Shown here piece by piece: positions 12,450-26,436 of a stretch of DNA of 64,000 nucleotides. The position numbers and the translations under genes were made by a program. Under the pieces are notes generated by a model. It searched no databases. It saw only the letters and a list, made by a program, of their open reading frames with translations, and had not been told where the DNA came from. The stretch's first letter is position 1. Every line of letters begins with the position of its first letter. Source of the stretch: Chiloscyllium plagiosum (taxonomy: Eukaryota); contig NC_057718.1 of the NCBI RefSeq assembly GCF_004010195.1, positions 3,098,273-3,162,272 on the forward strand, written 5' to 3'.

Positions 12450-13702
12450 GTAAGTATTTGCTTTCGAGAAGTTTAACTTGTTGTAAAAAATCTTTCCATG
12501 GTTTGTACTGCTATGGAGTTTGTGAGAATTCTAAAAGTTTGAACATTGAGAACTGGAGGGGTGTATCACAAGGAGAATTTAGCACTCTCTGGGGATTGTT
12601 TGGTGCAGCTGACACAGAGGTCCATAAGCTGGGGTCACAGACCAGAGTGTTTTCTGGGTATATTGTAAATAATAATGGTCCCACCACTGATCCCTGTGAC
12701 ACTCCGATAGCCATCCTGACAAGGACACCTTTCCCCAACACTTTTACTGATTAGTTAATTTGTTAACAATGCTATTATTCTGTCTCCAATGTCATGGGAT
12801 CTGATCTTCTTATGTAGCTTAATGTATGGGTCCTTATCAAGTATGTTATTTGTGAGCTCCTTTGTGAATACAGAACCAAGGCTTGTATTTAGTGGGTAAG
12901 TCAGTTCTTTGTTCTCTATTATGAATTCCTCTTTTCTGACTGTAAGGGAACAATACTTACCTTCACCATCAACCTGCAGGAACAGTTTCCATCATTGCTG
13001 ATGTTCCTCTCAAAATTACTTCCTTAATCAATCACTCCTTCGCTCTGTTGGTTAATCGACCAATTTGTTTGCCTCTTCCTTGGATATAATACTATCTCTA
13101 ATTTCCCATGTAAGGCATGGTATGGCCACCTTTCCCTTTTGTATCAGGAAGCATTAGCTGTGGTAAAGATCCTGTATGCAAGGAATGGAGGGAGAGACTC
13201 ACCATTTCCCCCTAATCTGACCCGCAGGACCCTTACCTGTGGAGAGTCCTCAGTTTGCTGAGGCTGGAGAGGCTGTATCTCTGTTGGTCTTTGGGGAAAT
13301 CCTGCTCCTTTAACTGCTGCCTGGCTGCCTTTGCTAATGCATCGGACCCTTCCCAGTTCCAATCCTCACATCTGCTGTGGATTGTCAGGAAGCGTCTCCC
13401 ACTATGAATCATCCAGAGAAAAGGATTGCAGTGTGTGGCAATTAGCTTGTATTAGCGGTTCGACAGTGTGAGCTCAACATGTCACTGTTATAGCAACATC
13501 TGTATTGCTGTTCTCAGCACACAGTGAGTGATAGTCAGGATATCAATCAGGAACAAACCATCACAACTGGTTCAGTCTGACAACCTGCTCCCCCTCCTTA
13601 ATGTAGGACTCAGACTGCTGGGAGGGTCCCTTTAAATCCTAGCGGGAGTTTAGAACAATCAGACTGCTGTTTGTTTATTAATTTTTAAAATATTTTTTGA
13701 AG

Positions 13703-14083
13703 GAACAAATCCCCCAGCCCTTCTCCAGTCTCCGATCCTGGAACGTGTCACCGAGGGTCACACTGCCCGGTTACTGTGCACCGTGAGGAACATCGCAGTG
13801 ACACACACTGATGTTCACTGGTACCGGGAACAACCAGGAATAAGGAGGGAGTGGATTTTGGTCCATTACTCATGGAATTATGTCCAATGGTACTCAGGTT
13901 ACTACACATGGAATTACATGCAATGGTATTCAGGTTTCAAAAAGCGTTTCCAGTCTTCCAGAAACTCCTCCAGTAACAGCTTCATTCTGACTATTAAAAA
14001 CGTGCAGCCCAGTGACACTGGAGTCTATTATTGCTCAGTCTGGCGAAGTATCACTGGTGAAGGAAGCCGACTCATTGTAAACA
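13703..14083 (+). CDS. V1: germline-joined VJ Ig domain exon (127 codons)
   Basis: ttttttgaag| acceptor; LLQSP..EGHTARLLC..DVHWYREQPG..FILTIKNVQPSDTGVYYCSVWRSITGEGSRLIVN; A|GTAAGT donor; open frame, phase 1-1. Confidence 0.92.
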
Positions 14084-14179
14084 GTAAGTAGAGGTTACAT
14101 GACAATCTCCTCCAGTAATAACCTCTGGTCTGTGAATACATTGGAGATCAAGAAAGTTGAGGAGGTGATGAATGCTTGT

Positions 14180-15145
14180 CTTTTTAAAATCTTTCTCCTC
14201 CACTTAATGTGCCTTGAAATCCCCCAGCCTTTGGAAAACTCACATGCCATTCACCTTATGTATAGCGCTCATAATTTTATAAACCTCAAAAAATGTCACC
14301 CCCACCACTCCTACACTCCAGTGAGAAAAGCCTCAGCCTATCCAACCTCTCCTCATAATTCAAACCCTCCATTCCCAGCAATGGTCTGGTAATTCTCTTC
14401 CAAATGCCCTCCAACTTAATAATATTGTCCCTGGAACAGATCAACCAGAACTGGACACAATACTCCCGAAGAGGCCAAACCAACATCCAATACAACTTCA
14501 GCATGATGTCCCAACTTCTGTATTCAAAAGCCTGAGCAATAAAGTGAGCATGCTAAATGCTTTCTTAACCATCTTATTGACATGTGATTTAAACTTCAAA
14601 GAATTTTGTACCTGAATTCCTTCATCTTTTTGATCTACAACACTACCCAAGATCCTACTTTAAATTGCATAAGCCGAGCTTTATTTGTATTACCAATTTA
14701 TCCAAATTAAACTCCATCTGTCACTCCTTAACCCATTGACCTCATTGATCAAGATCTCTTTGTAATCTTGGATGTCCTTTTTCATTGTCCAACATACCAC
14801 AATCTTGGTGTAATCCACAAATGTACGGATCTTGCCTTCTATATTCTCATCTAACTAATTTCGACAAATGACAGAAAAACACAGACACAGCACCAATCTT
14901 TGTGGCACACTGCTGGTAACAGGCCTCCAGTCTAAGAAACAATGCTCCACCATCACTCTCTGCCATTAAGCCAATTTTGTATCCAATTGGCAAGTTCACC
15001 TGGAATCCCATGTGGTATAACTTTATTTATTAGTCTACCATGCAAAACCTTATCAAAGGCTTTACTAAAGTCCATGTAAACAATGTCTGCACCTCTGCCT
15101 TCATCAATCTTCCTGGTTGCTTCCTCAAAAACCTCAGTCAAGTGT
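14180..15145 (-). mobile_element. CR1 LINE 3' RT fragment
   Basis: DIVYMDFSKAFDKV, EYCVQFW motifs. Confidence 0.8.
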
Positions 15146-15604
15146 GAAATATGGTTTCCTTTTTGAGTAAATGCAGTCCATGGATGGAATATTGGCTTCC
15201 CTGGTGGTCTGAACTATGCATACAACCTACTGTAGTTTCTATGGTCCTGGGCAGAGCAACTGCTGTACCAAGATGTTATGCACCCAGATAATATGCTTAT
15301 GGTTATGCCAAATTTCCTGAGCCACCTGAGGAAGAAGAGGCATTGAGCCTTCTTGACCATTACAGTCTAAGACACGCTGTTGGTTATTGTCACTCTTAGG
15401 AACTTGACACTCTCCACCCTCTCAACCTCAGTTCCATTGATATAGATTGGGACATGTTTTCCTTCCTCCTTTCTGAAGTCAGTGATCAGTTCTTTAGTTT
15501 TGCCAACTTTGAGAGAGAAATTGTTTTCTTTGTACCACATCACCAAGACCTCTATCTCCTTCCTGTATTCTGACTCTTCATTGTTAGATATCCATCCATT
15601 AGAC

Positions 15605-18410
15605 GTGATGGGTTGAAGTGTATCTATTTTAATGCAAGAAGTGTCAAGAATAAGAGTGATGAACTTAGAGCATGGATTTGGAGCTACAATGTTGTGGCCA
15701 TTATGGAGATTTGGATATCACAAGTGTAGGAATGGTTTTTGGGTGTTCTGGGGTTTAGATGTTTCATACGGAATAGGGAGGGAGGTAAAAGAGGTGGTGG
15801 AGCGGCATAACTAATCAGGGATAGTATCACAGCTGCAGAAAGGGAGGTCATCGAGAAGGGTTTCTCTACTGAGTCATTATGGGTGGACGTCAGAAACAGG
15901 AAAGGAGCAGTCACTGTATTGGGAGTTTTCTATAAACCCCCCAGTAGCAACAGAGACATGGAGGAGCAGATTGGGAGGCAGTTTTTCGAATGGTGCCGAA
16001 ATAACAGAGTTGTTGTCATTGGTGACTTTAACTTCCCTAATATTGATTGGAATCTCCTTAATGCAAATAGATTGGTTAGATTAGATTCCCTAGAGTGTGG
16101 AAACAGGCCCTATCAGTTCACACCACCCCTCCAAAGAGCAACCCACCCAGACCCATTTCCCCTCTGACTAATGCACCTAATACTACAGATAATTTAGCAT
16201 GGCCAATTCACCTGCGCTGCACATCTTTGGATTGTGGGACGAAACCAGAGCAAACCCATGTAGACATGGGGAGAATGTACAAACTCCACACAGACAGTCA
16301 CCCAAGGCTGGGATCGAACCTGGGATCCTGATACTGTGAGGCAGCAGTGCTTACCTAAATGGATGCAGCAGAATTTGTCAGGTGTGTCTAGGAAGGATCC
16401 TTGACTCAATATATAGATTGGCCAACTAAAGAAGAGGCCATATTGGATTTGGTGCTTGGCAACAAGCCAGGTCAGGTATCAGATTTCTCAATGGGAAAGC
16501 ATTTCAATGATTATGATCACAACTCCCTGACCTTTCCTATGGTCATGGAGAGGAATAGGAGAAGATGGTATGGGTAAATATTTGATTGGGGAAGGGGAAA
16601 TTATAATGCTATTAGGCAGGAACTGTGGGGCATAAATTGGGAACAGATATTCTCAGGGAAATTCACAACAGAAATGTGGAGATTGTTTAGGGTGTACTTG
16701 CTACGAGTGCTGGATAGGATTGTCCCACTGAGGCAAGGAAGAATGAAGGAACCTTGGATGACAAGAGATGTGGAACATCTAATCAAGAGGAAGAAGGAAG
16801 CTGACTTAAATTTGAAGAAGTTGAGAGTGTGGTGTGAGAAAAGCACAGCAGGTCAGGTGGCATCTGAGGAGCAGGAGAATCGACATTCCAGGCATAACCC
16901 TCCATCAGGAAGCAAGGATCAGATAGGGCTCTAGAAGGTTACAAGGTAGCCAGGTAAGAACTGAATAATGGACTTAGAAGAGGGAGAAGGAGGCATGAAA
17001 AAGCCTTGGCAAGTATGATTAAGGAAAATCTCAAGGTGTTCTGCATTTATGTGAGGAACAAGAGGATGGCTAGAGCAAGAGTGAGGCCGATCAAAGATAA
17101 TGGAGGGAACTTGTGCCTGGAGTCAGATGAGGTAGGGGAGCTTCTTAATGAATAGTTTCCTTCAGTATTGACTAGTGAGAGGGACTTTGTCATTTGTGAT
17201 GACAGCATGAAACAGGCTGATATGCTTGAACAGGTTGATGTTAGGATGGAGAATGTGCTACAAATTTTGAAAAACATAAGCATAGGTAAGTCCTCTGGGC
17301 AAGTGGGATATTCCCCAGATTACTATGGGCAGTGAGGGAAGAAATTGCTGTGCCTTTGGAAATAATCTTTGCATCCTCACTGTCTACTGGAGAAGTACTA
17401 GATGATTGGAGGGTGGAAAATGTTATTTTGCTGTTTAAGAAAGGGAATAGGAGAACCCTGGGAATTACAGATCAGTCAATCTTATGTCAGTGATGGGAAA
17501 ATTATTGGAGAGAATTCTGAGAGATAGGATTTATGACTATTTAGGAAAGCATAGCTTGATTAGAGATAGTCAGCATGCTTTGTCAGGGGCAGGTCATACC
17601 TCACAAGCCTTGTTGAATTCGTTAAGGTTGTGACAAAATATATTCATGAAGGTAGAGCGTTGGATGTGAGTGTACATGGAGTTTAGCAAGGCATTTGATA
17701 AGGTTCTCCAGTGTAGGCTCATTCAGAAATTAAGGAGACATGGGAGGCAAGGAAACTTGGCTGTCTAGATACAGAATTTGGTTGGCGCTTAGAAGACAGA
17801 GGGTGGTAGTAGATGGAAAGTATTCAGCCAGGAACTTGGTGACCAGTGGTGTTCCACAGGGATTTGTTCTGGGACCACTGGTCTTTGTGATTTTTTATAA
17901 ATGACTTTGTTGAGGAAGTGGAACGGTGGGATCATATGTTTGCCAGTGACACACAGGTCGGTGGAGTCTTGGACAGTGTGGAGGGCTGTTGTAGGTTGCA
18001 ACAGGACATTGACAGGATGCAGAACTGGGTTGATAAGTGACAGATGGAGTTCAACCTGGAAAAGAGTGAAGTGATTCATTTTGGAAGGTTGAATTTGAAC
18101 ACAGATTACAAGGTTAAAGGTAGGATTCTTGGCAGTGTGGATGAACAGTGGGATCTTGGGGTCCATGTCCATACATCCCTCAAAATTGCCACCCAAGGTG
18201 ATAGGGTTGTTAAGAAGGCATATGGTGTGTTAGCTTTCATTAGCAGGGGGATTGGGTTTAAGAGGCATGAGGTTATACTGCAGCTCTATAAAGCCTTGGT
18301 TAGAACATACTTGGAAGATTATGTTAAGTTCTGGCTGCCTTTTTGTAGGAAGGATGTGGAAGCTTTCGAGAGAGTGCAGAGGAGATTTACCAGGATGCCG
18401 CCTGGAGTGT
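15605..18410 (+). mobile_element. Long degenerate CR1 ORF2 with nested SINE (16075-16355)
   Basis: LKCIYFNARS, GDFNFPNIDW, RT and KKAYGVLAFI motifs in order. Confidence 0.85.
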
Positions 18411-20548
18411 CCAACATAATTAGCTAGAGCCTCTTCTTGACTACTGCTGACAGCCTGGTTTCAGTCTCCATCCTGGCTCAGGTAGTTCCTGGGGCTTTCT
18501 CATCTACTTGTCCCATTGTGTGGAGTGGGCAGCTAATAATAGATCAGATGTAATGCAGAGAGATGTGAGGATACTCAGATTGGATGGAGAAATAAGAGCA
18601 GTGGTGACAATTTTATTTAAAAGTGCAATTCTAACGGTTGTGCAGGAGCAGTTGGAGCTGGGAGTCTACTCTTTAGTTGAGAGATGTAATTAAATTCAGC
18701 AGGTAATATCAGAACTATCCTTTAAAGTTCTGTCCCAAAAAGCAAAGATGGAAACCTTAATTAGAATTACATAAAAATGTAGAAACTGTAAGAAATTGGA
18801 ATATGGAATTGTTTGGTCATTCCTAGATTGAAAAGGGTTTACCACATGATCACTTGGATCTGAAAGATCAAAAATTTGTTTCAGTTTGCCAAATTAAAAT
18901 TAATTTAAAATCAATCAAGGATTAGGATTAATTGCTAAATTGCGGAACTAATTGATTTTGAATGCAGCCTTGCAACAGTTTCTGGGCTCAAGTTGCTGTG
19001 TGCGTTCACAGACCAAATGGAGAGCAGCTCAATCAAAATATTCAAGCTGACCAAACGCAGCAAAAAAGACCCTTATCTTCTGATAAAATGGGAAGAAAAA
19101 TCCAAGTGGGACCAGCTGTTCAGTTTCTCCCTCTCAGTCAGAGAAAAACAAGGGAAAAGCTGACAAAGTCCCTTTATGAAGGAATGGTAAAAATAACATT
19201 TCCAACATCAAGGTTTCAAACTATTTCCCATAAGAATCTGAAATATGGTCAGAAGATCTTCCATCAATGTATAACTTTCAGGAATCATTGAGGGAATTCT
19301 GAGAAGTCAAAACATTCTACCTCCCGATGGGATTTCCTTGTCCCATGAGGATGGTCTTTATTTAAGCCTTTTTGTTTAAAATCAGCCCAAAATTATTTCT
19401 GCAGAGTTCCCTTGCTTGTAAACGAATGTTTGTTTGAGATTAATGGGATATGATTTAATCCCAAACAGATAAATGCTGACCACATTTTCTGCTGTTTCAA
19501 AATCAGTCTTGTTGATAATAAATAAGTTATTTTTGATGTCGTTTATCAACCTACTAGATTTTAGTTTAACTTTGGACAGGAGGATAAACGAGAGACAAAT
19601 TGGCTGTATTGTTGATTCCGTAACACATTTAGTACAGCTCATGGTTAGTTGGGACATGATTACTAGTGCACTTCCCCTATTAGAGTTTAAACAGTATGAT
19701 GTGAGTTATGAGGCTTCTATACATTTTTAATATCATTTAGTTTGGAATTTGGATTTTGAATGAGAGACATGTTGGTTTTGGTCTCTTTGTGTTTGAGGAG
19801 ATTTAAGATTTTAACTGTCAATATTTCTGCAGTTAAAACTTCTTTAAAACAACAATCTGACAGAAACAGTTCTTAGCGAGATAATGGGAATTTGTTTGTA
19901 AAGGGAGAGATTTTATAAACAGACAAAATAAACTTTGAAATTGTTTGGCTGTTTTCAGGTTGATGGCATGTCTTGTTTTATGTGGGGGCTTGGATCAGTT
20001 AGTAATTAGTAGATTCCCAATCCCAGGGGATACCTAGTACCAGTGAATACTCAGGGGCACTGTGTAATGACAGTGAGAGAATTGTGAGGAGTCAGGCTCA
20101 GAGAAAGGTGATTATTCTCAGGAAAGCAGTGAACAGGATGAGGAGGGAAGGAGGGACCTTTCCAGAAGATGCTGCAGTATCTGTCACCAGTCAGGGCTAG
20201 GTCAGGGACAAGGGAATATGAGACAAAAGAGATCGGAGCCTCCAGTGGGGACACGGAGTGGGAACAGGGAGTGTGGACAGTCTGAGGCTGGAAGCTGTAA
20301 TCAGGACCTGCTCATTATTCAGGTAATGTCACTCTACTTTCTGACCCTGCTGTTTCTCCTTAAATATTTGCACCAATTATTATTGAAGTTATTTAAATAT
20401 GATATGCTCCAACTCCACTGGTTCAATCTTAAACCAGTTCCCTATTTAATACAGAAATTGTTTTACCTGAACTATCTCTTTACACAACTGCCAACACATT
20501 GTAACCTGGAGAATTGATTCTTAAATTCTGGATGTTTTTCTCTGAAAG

Positions 20549-20893
20549 GTACATCTGGTCCAGTCCTTCTCCAGTCTCCGATGGTGGAACGTGTCACTGA
20601 GGGTCACACTGCCCAGTTACAGTGCACCATGAGGAACGGCACAGTGGCACAGACCATTGTTCACTGGTACAGACAAGAACCTGGGAGTCATATGAAGCTG
20701 TTTTTAACACATGACAGAAATGGTTATGTAAGATGGAGCCAAGGTTCCACTGATCGATTCCAACTTTCCAGAGAGCCCTCCAGTAACAGCTTCATTCTGA
20801 CTATCACAAAAGTGCAGCCCAGTGACAGTGGAGTCTATTACTGCTCAGTCTGGGGAAGTGTCCCTGGTGGAGGGAGCCAGCTCATTGTAAATA
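20549..20893 (+). CDS. V2: germline-joined VJ Ig domain exon (115 codons)
   Basis: tttttctctgaaag| acceptor; AQLQC..VHWYRQEPG..DSGVYYCSVWGSVPGGGSQLIVN; A|GTAAGT; open frame. Confidence 0.92.
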
Positions 20894-22319
20894 GTAAGTA
20901 ACGTTTCCTCTACTAACAATCACCTCCAGTAATAACCTCTTGACCAGTGAATGAATTGGAGATCAGTTTGTAATCAAGAAGATTGAAGAGGTGACAGAGA
21001 ATGATCTCAGGGATGGATTCACTGTGGGGAGGAAGCTGAGCTCAGAGTTAAAAACAATGACTGCAGATGCTGGAAACCAGATTCTGGATTAGTGGTGCTA
21101 CCACTAATCCAGAATGAGCTTAGAGTTGGCCCTCTTTGGGTTTGGCCTCAGTGGGTTAGTACAGTGTGGCTGTTTGCTGAGCTGAAGAGGATATTTCATC
21201 TTCACTGTGTCCTCATTTTGGACAGACATTTAGAGAGAGTGGAAACAGCCTTGGGATGATTGGAGGAGGTGGATGGGCAGTGCAATGATGGGGGAGATGG
21301 AAAGGTTGAGCAGGTTTCTGAGGGTGAAATGATGATGGTGAGGTGTTTGGGAATGGTGCCCTGGGGACAGCGCAGAGATGATCAGAGTCTGGAGGAGAAA
21401 CCACTGGTGCTGGGAGGAAGCTGATGATGGGAACAATCAGTGAGTGACCTTGATAGAGCACTGTCAGGGACTGCAATGTATGGAGTATTTCAGCCTTGTT
21501 AAAATGTGTCAATGGCTGGAGGTGGCGGGAGGAGAGAGGCAACATTCTGCTCTTGAGAACATGGAATATGAAATGGTAAAGCATGGGAGCAACACGGGAG
21601 TTATCATCACTGGAATGTTGATCCAGAGACCCAGGTTTGAATCCACCATGACAGATGGTGGAATTTGGATTTAGCAAAAGCTATCTGTAACTAAGAGTCT
21701 AATGATGACCATGAACCCATTGTCAATTATCAGGAAAACCCATCAGTAATGTCCTTTAGGGAAGGAAACTGCCATCCTTACCTGGTCTGAGTTACATGTG
21801 ACTCCAGACCCAAAGTAATGTGGTTGTCTATGAACTGCTGGCCTCATCCAATGATTGAATTTTAAAAAAGGGCCTTTGACTCAGCGTGCCTGTGCCAGCC
21901 ATGATGTCATTCTAAACTCATTCCATCATCCTGCGCATAGTCTATATTCCCCTATTCTTAGCCTGTTCATGCCTCTTAAACCTTCCAGTCTTATCTCTTC
22001 TACAAACTCCCCTGGCAGCACATTCCTTTGTGTAAAACAGATGACATCTCCTTTAAGCATTTCTTCTCTTACCTTAAACCTATGCCCCTAGTGTTTGATA
22101 TTTCCACAATGTGAAAAAACATACTGACTATCCATGCCACTCACAATTTTATAAACTTCTATCAGGTCATCCCTCAGCCTCGAAGGATGAAGAGGGATCT
22201 TATAAAAACTTACAGAATACTGGGAGGCCTGTATGGAGTGGAAGTGGAGAAGATTTTTCCACCAGTAGAGTGGCTACGGCCTGATAGCACATGGGTCAAT
22301 GGGCTGAGAAGTGGTAGAT

Positions 22320-22905
22320 GGAGATTGTTGCGGCTGTACAGGACATTGGTTAGGCCATTGTTGGAATATTGTGTGCAATTCTGGTCTCCTTCCTATCAGA
22401 AAGATGTTGTGAAACTTGAAAGGATTCTGAAAAGATTTACAACGATGTTGCCAGAGTTGGAGGATTTGAGCTGAAGGGAGAGGCTGAACAGGCTGGGGCT
22501 GTTTTCCTTGGAGTGTCGGAGGCTGAGGGGTAACCTTAAAGAGGTTTACAAAATTATGAGGGGCATGAATAGGGTAAATAGGCAAAGTCTTTTCGCCGGG
22601 GTGGGGGAGTCCAGAACTAGAGGGCATAGGTTTAGGGTGAGAGGGGAAAGATATAAAAGAGACCTAAGGGGCAACTTTTTCACGCAGAGAGTGGTATGTG
22701 TATGGAATGAGCTGCCAGAGGAAGTGTTGGAGGCTGGTACAATTGCAACATTTAAGAGGCATTTGGATGGGTTTATGAATAGGAAGGGTTTGGAGGGATA
22801 TGGACTGGGTGCTGGCAGATGGGACGAGATTGGGTTGGGATATCTGGTCGGCATGGACGGGTTGGACCAAAGGGTCTGTTTCCATGCTGTATATCTCTAT
22901 GACTC
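22320..22905 (+). mobile_element. Young CR1 3' end
   Basis: LVRPLLEYCVQFWSP..RGHRFRVRG..FFTQRVV, ctctatga tail; same family at 55710-56400 minus. Confidence 0.85.
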
Positions 22906-23472
22906 TATGGAGAATCTGTGGAACTCATAGACACAGAGGACTGTGAAGGTCAAGTCATTGAGTGTGTTGAAGACAATGATAGGTTCTTGATCAGTAAGGG
23001 GATCAAGTATTACAGGAAAAAGGCAGGAGAATGGGATTGAGAAACATATCAGCCCTGATTGAATGGGAAAGCAGACTTGACAGATTATAGAACATAGAAC
23101 ACAGAAAAGCACAGCACAGAACAGGCCCTTTGGCCCATGATGTTGTGCCAAGGTGTTTTCCGAATGTAAAATATAATAACTTAACCTACGCACCCTTCAA
23201 CTCACTGCTATCTATGTGCATGTCCAGCAGTCGCTTAAATGTCCCTAATGACTCTGCTTCCATCACCACCACTGGCAACGCATTCCATGGTATGTAAATG
23301 GCCTAGTTCTGCTCCTTCATCTAATGGTCTGATGGTCTAAAATCTTTTGTTTATTTTAAATAATTAATCCATTGATTCACCATTCCAATCTGTCCTTTCT
23401 CATTACCTCTAAATTGGAGTTCTCCAGAAAGTTCAGACTAGTTTTAATTTATTCAAACTTTTTACCCTAAAG

Positions 23473-23817
23473 ATGCAAATGTCCCAGTCCTTCTCCAGTC
23501 TCCGATCCTGGAACATATCACTGAGGGTCAAACTGCCCAGTTACAGTGCATCATGAGGAATGCTCCAGTGACACTCGCTGATGTTCACTGGCACCGGGAG
23601 CAGCCAGGGAACAGCACGGAGTGGATTTTAACACATGACATGAAGAACATCACAAAATGGAGCCCAGGATTCACTGAGCGCTTCCAATCTTCCAGAAGCC
23701 TCTCCAATAACAGCTACATTTTGACCATCACAGACACACAGCCCAGTGACACTGGGTTCTATTACTGTAAAGTGTGGGGAGATATCAGTGGGAATCGAAC
23801 CCAGCTGATTGTAAGAG
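23473..23817 (+). CDS. V3: germline-joined VJ Ig domain exon (115 codons)
   Basis: ttttaccctaaag| acceptor; AQLQC..DVHWHREQPG..DTGFYYCKVWGDISGNRTQLIVR; G|GTAAGT; open frame. Confidence 0.9.
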
Positions 23818-23904
23818 GTAAGTCCTGTTTACCAACAATAGTTTGATACAATAACCACTTCCGCATGGATTTATTGGAGAGAGGAATGTGTTTAATTCCT
23901 CTGC

Positions 23905-24515
23905 TGTTAAGAAGGCATACGGTGTGTTAGGTTTCATTTGTAAAGGGATTGAACTCCGGAACCGCAATATCATGCTGCAACTATACAAAATGCTGGTGCA
24001 GCCGCACTTGGAATATTGTGTACAGGAAGGATGTGGAAGCATTGGAACAGATGCAGAGGAGAATTACCAGGATGTTGCCTGGTCTGGAGGGAATGTTTCA
24101 CGAGGAAAGGCTGAGACACTTGGTTCTCATTGGAAAGAAGAAGGCTAAGGGGGAATTTGATAGAGACATACAAGATGATCAGAGGATTAGATAGGGTAGA
24201 CAGTGAAAGACTTTTTCCTAAGATGAGGACATCAGCTTGTACGAGAGGGCATAACTACAAATTGAGGGTTTTATCGATTTAAGACAGATGTTAGAGGCAG
24301 CTTCTTTACACAGAGACTGGTAAGGGCGTGGAATGCCCTACATGCTAATGTAGTCAACTCAGCCACATTAGGGAGATTTAGACAATCCTTAGATAAGCAC
24401 ATGGATAATTTTGGGATAGTGTAGGGGGACGAGCTGAGGATAGTTCCCAGGTCGGCGAAACATTGAGGGCCGAAGGACCTGTTCTGCGCTGTATTGTTCT
24501 ATGTTCTATGTTCTA
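23905..24515 (+). mobile_element. CR1 3' end
   Basis: KKAYGVLGFI..HLEYCVQ, ttctatg tail. Confidence 0.8.
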
Positions 24516-26436
24516 AAGAGAAAGCAGAGAGCTCGATATAAACATAGAGGAGGCACATTCTCTTGTTTTACTCACAGATCGAATAAACTGTTTCTCAACT
24601 TGGACATGTTCCTCAATCTCAAACTTTTTCTCTTCTCTCTGTCTTTCTGCTTCTCCATCTCATTTCTTGTCAATCCTTTCAGGTAATAGAGGTTGTGGCT
24701 CCAGAAGCTACTGTTGGAGGTGCCAGATGATGCATTCCAGATGCAATTTGATTGGTCAAACTTCCATATTTGAAGTAAAACACACTTATTCATACAGAAT
24801 AGTTACAATACAGAAGAAAAGAAGAAATTGGGATAGCTTAAGCCCATTGGAAAATATAACAAAATAATAAATTGTTTAACCACTAAACAGTATTTTTCCA
24901 AAGTAGTAACATGCTATAAACACAGCCTTGGCAAAGACAAATTCAGGAAAACAGCTTGTCTCACATGCGATTCTGCAGTCGGGGGCGGGGGGCGGGGGAA
25001 ACATAGAGAGAATAGGAAGGAGTGATGTAAAGCATCTTCCAAATCCAGATTCAAGACCCAGTTGCAAGTGCTACTGAAAAACTACAACTAAAAATCCTGA
25101 TTCGGTGGGAACTTGGCCCCACCCATTCAGGATGTTTCTGTTGTTACAACTTGAAAAAAAAACAAGGCGTCACAAGCTGTTTACTTTATTGAATTCAAAC
25201 AAAAAGCTCAGCAATGTTTGAGATAAAACCACACCTTCAAGAAAAAGGACAAAATAGACCTCTGAAAGCCATGGTATCGTTAGTCTGTTCAAGTTAATTG
25301 ACTGGTCAAAAGTGACTCCCATAGCATTTTTTTTTTCATTACTTCTGGTGGGATGTGGGCATCATCAGCAAGGCCATTTGGTCTTCATCTCTAATTGCCC
25401 TCAAACTGCATCATTTGTCTGTTAAAGTAAACAGCTTGTGAGGCACTGCTGCCTCACAGCGCCTGACACCCGGGTTCAATTCCCGCCTCAGGCGACTGAC
25501 TGTGTGGAGTTTGCACATTCTCCCCGTGTCTGCGTGGGTTTCCTCCGGGTGCTCCGGTTTCCTCCCACAGTCCAAAGATGTGCAGGTCAGGTGAATTGGC
25601 CATGCTAAAAATAGTGTTAGGTAAGGGGTAAATGTAGGGGTATGGGTGGGTTGCGCTTCGGCGGGGCGGTGTGGACTTGTTGGGCCGAAGGGCCTGTTTC
25701 CACACTGTAAGTAATCTAATCTAATCTAAATTCAGGGAGTAATAACAACAAACCATGTTCCACTGGGTCTGAGGTCACATGTAGGCCAGACCAGGTAAGG
25801 ACGGCAGATTTCCTTCCCTGAAGGACATTAGTGAACCAGATGGGCTTTTGTTACAATTGATGGGAACATTGGGAATTAAAGCAACATGTTTGCAGCTCTC
25901 AGTTAGCTTGGAGTTCTTGTGCATTATTGTGTCATAACTCATTTGTAACTAAATTCAATAAACAGGAAAATAGTTAGTGAGAAGTCTGGGTGGTATAAGG
26001 GGTAATTATCTAATGCAGTGTCCACGTAGTGAAGGATTTAGTGAAAAGGTTGCACACTGGGTAATGTTGCGAAGACATTACTCTATTTGCCTGTATTTAT
26101 CTTTAATAATAGAGATTTGAGAGTTTAACAGAATGGGATCCAGAGTGAACACATTTGGAATGTTTGCAGCATGAGGAAGTTCAGTTTTGAGTTGAGGAGC
26201 TGGAGTCTGAGCTGCAGACATTGTGTCACATCAAGGAAGGGGAAAGTTCCCTGGAAACCTTTCTCCAGTGGGTGCTCCCACCCCATGGATTAGGGAATTG
26301 GAGATTAGTCATGGATCAGGGACAGGAGGCTGTGTCTGCAGATGAGGACGGTATGGGTCATACACTGCAAATCATCATTTAAATCGGAAGAGATTTTATA
26401 ACATGTTACATTATTTCTTCTCTTCAATATGAACAG

